A stretch of 61,455 nt of DNA, the filler included. It is 2 parts of 2 records of this genome, joined end to end, with 100 filler letters (N's around TTAATTAATTAA, not from the genome) between each part and the next. Parts side by side here need not be neighbours in the genome. Positions count along the whole stretch, not along the records: positions 30,308 to 61,455 come from SRR16203515_2333; 1 more part is not named here. The stretch is one strand, 5' to 3'. The first letter of the stretch is position 1, and every line of letters starts with the position of its first letter. Below, in pieces: positions 52,628-61,455 of this stretch. The notes under the pieces were generated by a model, which was given only the letters and a program-made list of their open reading frames with translations, had not been told where the DNA came from and searched no databases. The position numbers and the translations under genes were made by a program.

Positions 52628-53359
52628 TTATTCAACAGGTTTTTTAATAATGTTTTGCGGTTTAACTAATACACTTTCTTGAATGATCTCAGCAACGATA
52701 GACTTTTTAGCGCGTCTTTTCTTGATGATAAAGCTGCTTAATATACTAATAATCGCAATGGCTAAGGTAACAAATGGTGCAATGATCAGTGCCATAGTCA
52801 CAAACTTTGCAATATTCTCTGGTAGATAGGATAAGGCGTAACCAAAGCCTAATAATAAGCCGCTCCAACTCGCTGCACTTAACCAAGCAAAGTAATGGAA
52901 ATGAGCCACATTTTTAACGTGTAATCCCATCATCAAAGGTAATAAAGGACGAACAACCGGAATAAAGCGAGCAATAAATAACGCTAATAATCCATGTTTG
53001 TTTAATAACTTATCTACGGTTTTCATGCGCTTTTCGGGCACAGCATCAATCCAGCGCTGAATTTTAGGTAAGCGGTGTAACCAGCGGCCTTGAATGAATG
53101 CCACCCAGCTACCCGTCGCACCCGCAACTAATAATGCAACAAAGGCTAAAGGTAAGCTAATAATCCCTGCGGCAGCTAAGCTGCCGGAGAGAATGACCAC
53201 GCTATCACAAGGCATTGGCGCTGCGGGAAGAAGCGCGCTTTCTAGCCAAATTAAGGTAAAAATACAAAGATAAATCATGGCGGCACTGCCAGGGCTTTGT
53301 AACAAAGCAAAATCTTGGTGCCAAAGTGCGGTAATAACTGAGACAAATGAATCTAGCAT
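52628..53359 (-). CDS. DedA family protein (YghB/YqjA-like)
   Basis: LESALLPAAPMPCDS (usual motif PGDS), QGRWL, ARFIPVVR. Confidence 0.88.
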   Translation of the reverse strand: MLDSFVSVITALWHQDFALLQSPGSAAMIYLCIFTLIWLESALLPAAPMPCDSVVILSGSLAAAGIISLPLAFVALLVAGATGSWVAFIQGRWLHRLPKIQRWIDAVPEKRMKTVDKLLNKHGLLALFIARFIPVVRPLLPLMMGLHVKNVAHFHYFAWLSAASWSGLLLGFGYALSYLPENIAKFVTMALIIAPFVTLAIAIISILSSFIIKKRRAKKSIVAEIIQESVLVKPQNIIKKPVE

Positions 53360-53803
53360 TGTCGGTGTTCCTAAATGGGCCTAAATCTCAAGCCGTGTGC
53401 CTAATGCTTTAGAGGTTTGAGATGAGTACTTAACTGTCGAGCCTGTTTTAGCATTTTAGCGACCAAAATGGGAGTTAGTTTCTCAGATTTATGCGCAAAT
53501 TGCTTGTGTCAGCACTATACATCAGGATTTGATGAGGCTAATTAACTATTCCCTTTCATTAATAAAAATACATCTTCAGTTCATCAGTCGTTAATCAATG
53601 ATTGTTGCTTGCTCAAATTTTGAATTGTTGGTGACCATTTAGGCGTCTGTCATGCTGGTTTTATAAGCAAAAACAGGTCTGCATTAAAGCTAATTAATAA
53701 GCCGCTGAATCTGTTTAAACTGGTTTAAAATAACTAGGCTCAACTTGAATTGGATTTAACGAGTATTTGATAAAGTTACTCTATAACTAAGCGTAAGAGA
53801 ATT

Positions 53804-54253
53804 ATGTCGTCAGTGAATAAAGGCCTAAAAGCGGTATCTATGCTGGAAGCAAGTAAAGGCTTATTATCCGTATTAGTGATTTTTGAATTACATAAGCTTG
53901 CTGGTGGTAATGTACAGCAAGTCATAGAAGCGTTAATTGCTCACTTGCATTTAAACCCGGCCAACCACTTGCTGCAAGATGTTGTGCTTGAAGCAGGCAA
54001 AGTGAGTGCGGCTAATATTTATTTGGTGATGGCTGGTGCCAGCCTTTATGCGCTGATTCGTTTTATAGAAGCATACGGACTCTGGCATAGCCTAGTTTGG
54101 ACCGAGTGGTTTGCACTATTAAGTGGGGCGATTTACTTACCATTTGAGATCTATGGCCTGTTGACCAAGCCGAGTTTATTAACTGCAGCAATATTATGCA
54201 TTAACCTGTTAGTGGTTGGCTTTATGTATCGAGTGATTAAGCATAAAGTTTGA
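53804..54253 (+). CDS. DUF2127 family membrane protein
   Basis: LEASKG, RFIEAYGLW, EWFAL..IYLPFEIY. Confidence 0.8.
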   Translation: MSSVNKGLKAVSMLEASKGLLSVLVIFELHKLAGGNVQQVIEALIAHLHLNPANHLLQDVVLEAGKVSAANIYLVMAGASLYALIRFIEAYGLWHSLVWTEWFALLSGAIYLPFEIYGLLTKPSLLTAAILCINLLVVGFMYRVIKHKV

Positions 54254-54336
54254 TAATGCTGCTAATAGCGATTGGTGACAAGAGACTGTGAGCTTAAGTT
54301 TTGCGTGAGTTTAATTTTTAAATAAATTGGCAAGAC

Positions 54337-56754
54337 TTAAGCTTTGAAGCCTAATTCTGGGAATCTCAACATCACTTCTGGGGTGATATCTAAAAACTCG
54401 CCGACACCTATAATGTTCCAAAGTTGCTCTTCAAGCTTTTTGGTTTTGTGAGAAGCATGCTTAGTTAAGTATTCACGTTCGCGGCGGATATAGCTTAAGT
54501 CAGGTTTACCCGCTGCGCCGCGATATACGCGTAAAGCGATGAATTCGCCAAGCTCTTGGCTGCGCTTAATAAAGCCTAATTGTTGATCCAGTTCAGGCAG
54601 TTCAGTATCGCTTATACAGCGTACTTTCATTTTGCCCTGTGACATACGTGATAGCTGCACATAAACTTCAAAGTAGGATAAAGGATCCTGTGGTTTCATG
54701 TTGCGGATAGGCGCAATGAAGTCACGTTTTAATTTGTCATCCATCAGCAACGGCGCCAAATCGTAGGCAAGGGTATCATCGCTCTTAGATGCAAAAATAT
54801 TGGCAATATGGTTTTGTTCGGTACTTATCCCCAGTGTTGATATGCGGGCAGATTTGACCGTGCGCTCGACAAAATAGGGAACTGATGCAAGTTTGCGCAT
54901 CACAAGGTTCTTCATGCCATCGGCCAGCTCTTGCACATCATGTTGACCTTCAGTCAGTTTTTGTAGCTTTTCGCGATTATGCCTAATTAAGCGATTTAAA
55001 AACTCTACTCCAGCATGTGGTGTATGGCCGACTTGGGCCGAAAGGTGCAAAGTCACGCCGTTTTTACGGGTACGTAATAGTTGGTAAGGCAGCATCTGTA
55101 GCGATGTTTTGCCTGCAAGAGTCTGCAGTTTTGGAAAACTAACAGCAATCGGCTCAGCTTGGTTAAATTCAACAGGCTCAGTTAAAGTGAGCTTCATACC
55201 TCGGGTAGATATGTCATCTGTCGACGCTATCGCACTGACTTTACCTTGAGTGAGCTGCACCGCGGTTTTAAATGCAAAGCGTGATTCATTGCGCCGCTCA
55301 CTAAATTGCAAAGAGATAAGTGTAATGGTGTGTTGGCTAACTTTGTTTTGGCCAAACACTTTTAACGAATTAACACTTGGTAGTTGCTCACTTGCTTGAT
55401 GGATTTGCTCCCAAGCTTGATACTGTTTTGCAGGATCTGAGCTTGTTGCATCAATTATTTGTAAAACATGGCTAAAGGCACCTAGTTGGGCTTCTGTTTG
55501 CGGTGAGTAACGTCCTTCATCCCCCGGTAATATACAGGCTTTGTATGACTGCTTATGATCTATGGTGTGCTTGGTTACTCTGAATATTTTGAAGCTTGGT
55601 TTTGCGGCGCTAAAACTTAAAAATAATGCCAATAAATTCTTACTTTTGAGTTCAGCTAAGCTTGCTGAGTAAAAGTATTTACAGCCTTGAACGTGAAATA
55701 TAAAGCTAAACAGTTGACAATGTTCGCTATTGTCATCAGATTCAATAATTAACTTTATCCGTTCAGGGGTTAAAAAACCACTGAGTTGACTAATATCATC
55801 TTCATCTTTGAAGTATTGACAGATCCCATGATTGTCACGGCTAAGCAGCTTATGGCTGAGTTTGTAGTGCTGCTGGTTATCGCTATCAATGATTTGCTCA
55901 ACAAATAATGGCATATGCGGCAAGCGCGGCAAATATTGGCGCTCAAAGCCAAGGCCTTTAGTGCTAACGAGTACATCGTTAACATTGACTTTATAGCGAT
56001 ATTTATAGCCTCTAATCAGGTTTCGTAAAATATCAGACAGTGCTTCAGAGCCTGATATACGCTTAAGTCTCAGCCAGCTGAACTCTTGATTCTGTTCAAC
56101 ATCAATAATCTGGTAATCAACCCCTTGTTGCAGATCTTTGTGATAATACTCATCACTTAGTTCTTCGAGTTTGACTCGAATAGGCTGACTTGTGCGTAAA
56201 TGATGTTTGGCTGGTAGGCGTATTCTTGCGCCGCCAACAGACAAATCAACAGTTATCCCGGTTAATGATTGTTGTCCTTGAATAACGCTGATGCGCATAC
56301 TGTAATTCATACGCTCTTCTGAGCGCGCAAAGTAGCTACCTAAAACTACGCCTTTAGCCACAAAAGGGGAGGTTTCGCTGATGATATTTTGTTGGCTTGC
56401 TTTACGTTGCTTTAGAATTCGTTGTTTATGACAATTAATAACTTGCTCATAAACACCTAAGGTATATTCGTCTCGATACAGAGCAAGGGCTTCTATAAAG
56501 CAGTCTTTGGCTGGTTGGTCTAAATAGTGGCGCTGGCCTGCAAACTGAAACTCTTCACAATTAAGTTCGGTTTTATGGCGTAGATCTATGTTGCGAGTAC
56601 AAATTGAAGCAATACGAGTGAGCTCCATTTTAAGCAAAAAGCGGGTTGAGTTTGTTTCATCAGCGGTTAGTTGATCGAATAACTCTTGAAAGTTAGGCTC
56701 CATCAATAAAGGTTTTAACTGTTCAACTAAAGCTTTGTGCAGATCTAACGTCAT
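54337..56754 (-). CDS. Large multi-PilZ domain protein (probable ATG 56754)
   Basis: RSEER..DLSVGG and RRNESR..DISTRG PilZ motifs; divergent from radA. Confidence 0.85.
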   Translation of the reverse strand: MTLDLHKALVEQLKPLLMEPNFQELFDQLTADETNSTRFLLKMELTRIASICTRNIDLRHKTELNCEEFQFAGQRHYLDQPAKDCFIEALALYRDEYTLGVYEQVINCHKQRILKQRKASQQNIISETSPFVAKGVVLGSYFARSEERMNYSMRISVIQGQQSLTGITVDLSVGGARIRLPAKHHLRTSQPIRVKLEELSDEYYHKDLQQGVDYQIIDVEQNQEFSWLRLKRISGSEALSDILRNLIRGYKYRYKVNVNDVLVSTKGLGFERQYLPRLPHMPLFVEQIIDSDNQQHYKLSHKLLSRDNHGICQYFKDEDDISQLSGFLTPERIKLIIESDDNSEHCQLFSFIFHVQGCKYFYSASLAELKSKNLLALFLSFSAAKPSFKIFRVTKHTIDHKQSYKACILPGDEGRYSPQTEAQLGAFSHVLQIIDATSSDPAKQYQAWEQIHQASEQLPSVNSLKVFGQNKVSQHTITLISLQFSERRNESRFAFKTAVQLTQGKVSAIASTDDISTRGMKLTLTEPVEFNQAEPIAVSFPKLQTLAGKTSLQMLPYQLLRTRKNGVTLHLSAQVGHTPHAGVEFLNRLIRHNREKLQKLTEGQHDVQELADGMKNLVMRKLASVPYFVERTVKSARISTLGISTEQNHIANIFASKSDDTLAYDLAPLLMDDKLKRDFIAPIRNMKPQDPLSYFEVYVQLSRMSQGKMKVRCISDTELPELDQQLGFIKRSQELGEFIALRVYRGAAGKPDLSYIRREREYLTKHASHKTKKLEEQLWNIIGVGEFLDITPEVMLRFPELGFKA

Positions 56755-56904
56755 TAAATACTTCTTTTTGGATGATAATAAGGCCAATGGCTGATAGGCT
56801 CAGTGGCAATAACTAAGGGGGATACTCGCTTATCCCTCGGATATTATATAAGTATCGGCCTATCTAGTCGTTACTTTACCGATTTATGCAATTTAGAAGC
56901 GGTT

Positions 56905-58278
56905 ATGGCAAAGAATAAAACAGCGTTTGTATGTAATGAATGTGGTCAAGATTTTCCTCGTTGGCAGGGGCAGTGCAGTGCGTGCCAAGAGTGGAACACC
57001 ATTAGTGAGTTAAAAATCTCATTAGCTAAGCCAACTAGAGCTACTGTAGCAGGTTATGCCGGTGCTGTGGGCGGTGGTTCAAAAAAGCTAAATGAAATAG
57101 AAGAGTTTGAAGCCGAGAAAATGCTAACCGGCATTGGCGAGCTTGACCGCGTACTTTGCGGTGGGCTTACAACAGGCTCGGTGAATATTATTTCTGGCGA
57201 TCCTGGTGCGGGTAAAACCACTATTCTGTCGGATTTAGTATCGCGTATGTCGCAGCTAATGCCATCGTTATACTGTACTGCCGAAGAATCATTATCACAG
57301 TTTAAAAATAGGGTTAATCGTCTTAAGTTAGATTGCAATGAAGACAATTTATACCTTATGGCTGAAACCAGTGTTGAAGCGATTATTGCAGAGCTTGAAG
57401 ATAAGCAGATTAAGTTTGCTGTTATCGACTCAATTCAAGCTGTTGTTACCGACTTAGCTAATGGTAGCCCCGGATCACCATCGCAAGTTAAGGGTAGTGC
57501 ACAAGCATTAACCCAGTATTGTAAGCAAAATAATGTGACCATGTTTTTAGTGGCTCATGTGAACAAGAATAATGAAACCGCGGGCCCGCAGACGTTAATC
57601 CATATTGTGGATTGCCTAACTCATATCGAGTGTAACGACGGTCAAGTGCGCACATTAAGAGCTAATAAGAACCGTTTTGGTGATGTCGATACCGTGGGTA
57701 TTTTTAAGATGACAGAGCGGGGAATGATAAGTGTTGATAACCCGAGCGAAATCTTCCTGTCTGGCTCAACCACTGAGTCACCTGGCGCTGCTATTACTTG
57801 TATCCGTAAAGGTAATCGTAATCTGCTGCTGGAGATCCAATGTTTAACCACTGAAACTGAAGCTGAATTTCCTCAGCGAGTGTGCGTGGGCTTGAACATG
57901 AACCGGATAAAAATGCTAACCGGAATTTTGCGTAAGCATACAAAAACCAAGATTTTCCATGATACCTACTTTAACTTGGTTGGCGGTCTTAAAATTGATG
58001 AGTCTGAAACCTGTATCGATTTAGCCTTGGTAACGGCATTATTGAGTAGTTTGAATGATTTTGTTGTGCCAAGAACCACTTGTATTATGGGGGAGTTGAG
58101 CCTTAATGGCGATGTGCGTCCTATTGACAGCGGCGTACCTCGAGTTCGAGAGGCGATCCAGCATGGTTTTACCGAGATCTTCATTCCTTTTCGCAACTAC
58201 CATAAGTCAATGGAAGGCGCTGGAGCAAAAATTATCCCGGTGAAGACGATTCACGAGTTGCTTGAATTGATTAATTAA
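56905..58278 (+). CDS. radA: DNA repair protein RadA/Sms (ATG 56905)
   Basis: C4 zinc finger CNECG..WQGQCSAC, Walker A GDPGAGKT, IDSIQ, KNRFG, GELSLNG. Confidence 0.95.
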   Translation: MAKNKTAFVCNECGQDFPRWQGQCSACQEWNTISELKISLAKPTRATVAGYAGAVGGGSKKLNEIEEFEAEKMLTGIGELDRVLCGGLTTGSVNIISGDPGAGKTTILSDLVSRMSQLMPSLYCTAEESLSQFKNRVNRLKLDCNEDNLYLMAETSVEAIIAELEDKQIKFAVIDSIQAVVTDLANGSPGSPSQVKGSAQALTQYCKQNNVTMFLVAHVNKNNETAGPQTLIHIVDCLTHIECNDGQVRTLRANKNRFGDVDTVGIFKMTERGMISVDNPSEIFLSGSTTESPGAAITCIRKGNRNLLLEIQCLTTETEAEFPQRVCVGLNMNRIKMLTGILRKHTKTKIFHDTYFNLVGGLKIDESETCIDLALVTALLSSLNDFVVPRTTCIMGELSLNGDVRPIDSGVPRVREAIQHGFTEIFIPFRNYHKSMEGAGAKIIPVKTIHELLELIN

Positions 58279-58294
58279 TCATGATTTAAACGAC

Positions 58295-58322
58295 AAACAC
58301 CGCAATTAATTGCGGTGTTTTT
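58295..58322. terminator. Terminator radA / small PilZ
   Basis: aaacaccgcaat-ta-attgcggtgttttt. Confidence 0.85.
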
Positions 58323-58363
58323 GTATAGATAACTGCTAGCTTTTATTCTTGATTTTGGAACTG

Positions 58364-58723
58364 TTAATTCAAACCAAAAAGCCTTTCTAATTCTCTATCT
58401 AATAGCGACGCATCACCCAAGTTTAGCTCGAGTAATCGGCGCAGATGACTAATACTTTCGACATCAATATGTAAACAGGCTAAACCGAGTTGCTGGTTCT
58501 TTTGGTGCACAATACGGACTTGCATTTGCACGCAAATGTCAGAATCGTGGATCATAAACTCCAGAGTTAGCGGCTGGCAAGCGAGTGTTAATTCCTGAGG
58601 CTGCTTGATAAGCGCGCCGTTGAGGCTGATATCTAACAGCTGAGTTTGCCATTGGTTTTCGCCACTAATCAGTTTTGCATCAGAGGTTAGATTTAACCTT
58701 GAAAACTGTCGTCTCTCATCCAT
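58364..58723 (-). CDS. Single-domain PilZ protein
   Basis: ERRQFSR and DISLNGA motifs, SHLRRLLELNLGD. Confidence 0.9.
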   Translation of the reverse strand: MDERRQFSRLNLTSDAKLISGENQWQTQLLDISLNGALIKQPQELTLACQPLTLEFMIHDSDICVQMQVRIVHQKNQQLGLACLHIDVESISHLRRLLELNLGDASLLDRELERLFGLN

Positions 58724-58873
58724 ATCAATCCTTGTGCGGGCAGTTTTTTCTACTGTCGCGTGTTCCTATTTATAATCTTTATATTGCCAATTGAGCGTAA
58801 TCATAAGCTAACTGCTTGTGTTTGTACAAATTTGTAGTGTAGACAAAAAAACTAAGTTGATTGTGAGTACAGC

Positions 58874-59419
58874 TTAAGCTGCAGGTTTTTCTGCATAGCC
58901 TGAGCTTTTTAATGGCAAAAGCGCATAGCTTAAAATCAAAATCGTCACCACTTGATAGGCAATCCCCGACCAAGACATCAAATAGATTGATAGCGCTAAA
59001 TTAAGTAGATTACTGATTAACATCGCGATGCGTAATTGCGCGCCTTTGGCATAAAATAGCGCAAAGCTCATTAGCACTGCACTTGCAACGGCGCACCACT
59101 CTGCCCAGTGATTAGCCCAAAGCAGTCCTTGTAAAAAGGCAAGGCTAGCAAACACTAATGGCAGGTAAATTGAACTGCGCTTAGCGCGAGTGGTGCGGCT
59201 ACGACAAATTGCAAAGCGCACCATATTGAGTAATTGGTTAAACAGGCCTAAGTTACTGCCGAGTAAACCAAGATGCATTGCGGTTAAACCGGAGGCGACG
59301 AGATTGCCACTAAGAAGGTGTTGATCATTTTTTTGTGCGTTGGCCCACCAACCTGCCGCCATCGACACAAAGCCTAACGCTTGTACCCATAATAAACTTT
59401 GATGTGATAACTCGAACAC
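58874..59419 (-). CDS. YgjV family inner membrane protein (start uncertain, GTG 59419)
   Basis: VQALGFVS, H..LLGS, hydrophobic throughout, LRIAML..N. Confidence 0.7.
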   Translation of the reverse strand: MFELSHQSLLWVQALGFVSMAAGWWANAQKNDQHLLSGNLVASGLTAMHLGLLGSNLGLFNQLLNMVRFAICRSRTTRAKRSSIYLPLVFASLAFLQGLLWANHWAEWCAVASAVLMSFALFYAKGAQLRIAMLISNLLNLALSIYLMSWSGIAYQVVTILILSYALLPLKSSGYAEKPAA

Positions 59420-59535
59420 TAAACCGCAAAACCTAATAGCCAATAAAAACGGAGCGCCATTGTCTACTTTTTAGCCCTTGATACTGTGATCGCTCGCGTG
59501 TTGCTGCTGTTTTATTGAGCGTTGACTTTCATGGT

Positions 59536-59551
59536 TGTGAGCTTCATCACA
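59536..59551. promoter_or_regulatory. Consensus CRP site between the ygjV-like and DEAD-box genes
   Basis: TGTGA-GCTTCA-TCACA. Confidence 0.65.
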
Positions 59552-59858
59552 AAGCTGGTGTGAAAATTAATCAGAGCCGTATGGATGCTGCCAAGAGTGT
59601 AGCGCCGATGTGCAAAGACCGAACGGGTTATAAAAGCTAAGCCAAACTCGGCTCACTAAGCAGGAATGTCCCTATTAGGACGGTCTTAAATCGAGTGTCT
59701 ATATTAGGAGCGATATTAATACGCTATCTGTAACGCAGAGCTTAATTTGAGTATTGTCTGCTTCTATTGAGTAGGTGCTAGATTGAATGCTGCAGGCTTT
59801 GTGGTTTTTTCTGGTAAACTCTGGGCTAATTAAACTGTTTTTATCAAGGACTGTCAGC

Positions 59859-61091
59859 GTGTCATTTTCATCACTTGCTTTAAGTGACAAACTTCTAAGT
59901 GTACTAACCGAAAAAGGTTATCAACAGCCAACGGCAATTCAAGCTGAGGCGATCCCTGCGATATTGTCAGGATACGATCTTATGGCAAGTGCGCAGACAG
60001 GAACCGGCAAAACAGCGGCATTTACCTTGCCTTTGCTGCAACTGTTACTTGATAAACCAGTTAACGACACAGCATTGAAACGAGCCTCTGTGTTGGTACT
60101 CACCCCAACTCGTGAACTTGCAGTGCAAGTTAATAGCAATGTTAGCCAATACGCGGTTAATACCGGCATTAGTAGCTTAGTGATTTATGGTGGCGTCAGT
60201 ATTGATGCTCAAGTCACTAAATTGGCCGCGGGTGTTGATGTTATTGTCGCAACACCGGGGCGGTTACTCGATCATGTACGCCGTGGTTCACTAAATCTTT
60301 CTAGCATTGAACACTTAGTGTTTGATGAAGCCGACCGTATGCTAGATATGGGTTTTATGGATGAGATCAGCGCGATTTTAAAGCAGTTGCCAGCAAAGCG
60401 TCAGACCTTGCTATTTTCTGCGACCTTTAGCTCAGCGATTTATGATTTAAGTAAAAAACTACTACAAAAGCCCATAAAAATCGAAGTCGATAAAGCTAAT
60501 AGCGCAGCCCACAACGTAGAGCAAATTGTTTATGCGGTTGATAGCGACCGTAAAACAGCATTAATTAGTCATTTGATTAGCAAGAATGATTGGCATCAAG
60601 TATTGATTTTTAGCCGTAAAAAGCAAACGGCCGATCAAATCTGTCAAAAAATGACAGCAGCCGGCATAGAAACAAAAGCGTTTCATGGGGATTTAGGCCA
60701 AGGCGCACGTGAGCAAGTGCTCAATGATTTTAAGCAAGGTAAGATCAAAGCATTAGTGGCAACCGATGTTGCTGCTCGCGGCCTTGATATTGTTGAGCTA
60801 AAAGTCGTGGTTAACTATGAAATCCCATTTGTGGCTGAAGATTACGTGCACCGCATCGGTCGCACAGGCCGCGCGGGCAACACAGGTAAGGCTATCACTC
60901 TTTATAGTGAAGATGATGCCTTGTTGCTTGAAGAAGTTGAAACAGTACTCGATAAGCGATTACCGCAGCAATGGTTACCTGGATTTGAGCCGGATCTTAC
61001 TAAGATGGAAGAACCAAGCCGTAAAAATAGTAAAGCAGCACAAAGGCAAAGAGCTAAAAAACGCGCTTTAGGTGGTAAGAAGCGCCGTTAA
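59859..61091 (+). CDS. DEAD-box RNA helicase, RhlE-like (GTG 59859)
   Basis: AQTGTGKT, PTRELA, TPGRL, DEAD, SAT, ARGLD, HRIGRTGRAG; AAGGA SD. Confidence 0.93.
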   Translation: MSFSSLALSDKLLSVLTEKGYQQPTAIQAEAIPAILSGYDLMASAQTGTGKTAAFTLPLLQLLLDKPVNDTALKRASVLVLTPTRELAVQVNSNVSQYAVNTGISSLVIYGGVSIDAQVTKLAAGVDVIVATPGRLLDHVRRGSLNLSSIEHLVFDEADRMLDMGFMDEISAILKQLPAKRQTLLFSATFSSAIYDLSKKLLQKPIKIEVDKANSAAHNVEQIVYAVDSDRKTALISHLISKNDWHQVLIFSRKKQTADQICQKMTAAGIETKAFHGDLGQGAREQVLNDFKQGKIKALVATDVAARGLDIVELKVVVNYEIPFVAEDYVHRIGRTGRAGNTGKAITLYSEDDALLLEEVETVLDKRLPQQWLPGFEPDLTKMEEPSRKNSKAAQRQRAKKRALGGKKRR

Positions 61092-61159
61092 TAACATATC
61101 GGCATTAAAGCCATTTGGCCCTTGTAGTGGTTATTTTGCCTGCATAGTGGTTGATATTG

Positions 61160-61191
61160 ATGCCCAGCGTTTACTCGTGTGGGCATTTTTT
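61160..61191 (+). terminator. Terminator after the helicase
   Basis: atgccca...tgggcat followed by a T run. Confidence 0.65.
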
Positions 61192-61265
61192 ATTGATACG
61201 AATCAAAAAAGCTTTTAGTTGGCTATTTCCCAACAGCTGATTGCTGTACACTCCGCGCCAACAAA

Positions 61266-61410
61266 GGCTGTGTTGGTAAGAGTAAATTTTACCAGGCATA
61301 TTGCTCGCAGGTCACTGCCGCTTTTATAAGCGTAAGTGGATCTCTCACCCAATCTATTGAATTGGGGCTCTACCTGCCATAGCCGAGTAACCGACTTACC
61401 TCAGTTGGTT
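61266..61410 (+). ncRNA. Candidate structured cis-regulatory RNA leader (unclassified)
   Basis: Six compatible helices plus a possible pseudoknot, between a TACACT-CCGCGCC -10/discriminator and the ATG at 61446. Confidence 0.55.
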
Positions 61411-61445
61411 TTACCCAATTTAAGAGATCAAAAGGTATAACAATT

Positions 61446-61455
61446 ATGAAGTCTG
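61446..61455 (+). CDS. Probable start of next gene (MKS...), truncated by window end
   Basis: ATG preceded by AAAGGT SD-like sequence at 61431-61436. Confidence 0.5.

Overview
Chromosomal DNA of a gammaproteobacterium; gene content and order point to a marine Shewanella. The window is two contigs joined by an artificial 100-nt linker (44 N + TTAATTAATTAA + 44 N, 30208-30307), so adjacency across it is not biological. Left contig: TonB receptor with a Fur-like box, TPR-GGDEF cyclase, nagD, M28 lipoprotein peptidase, asnB, DUF445/DUF748, trpLEGD(CF)BA with attenuator, arylsulfate sulfotransferase, and an AT-rich patch with a porin. Right contig: MITE-like repeat end, tatD-like, nupC-ompK-deoCABD, ytjB/ahpA-like, serB, a ThsSR-type two-component system with psrABC, YejM-like sulfatase, dedA, PilZ-radA-PilZ, ygjV-like and a DEAD-box helicase. 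I saw no phage, transposase, CRISPR, rRNA or tRNA. Best leads for something undescribed: (1) a ~145-nt multi-helix, probably pseudoknotted RNA leader at 61266-61410 that matches no riboswitch I recognise; (2) three tandem CsrA-type GGA-loop hairpins inside a MITE-like repeat; (3) a membrane-anchored YtjB/AhpA protein with a ~285-aa tail ending in a histone-H1-like block; (4) CRP-like sites upstream of three sulfur-related loci, two of them at the class II position. All calls are by eye, with no database searches.
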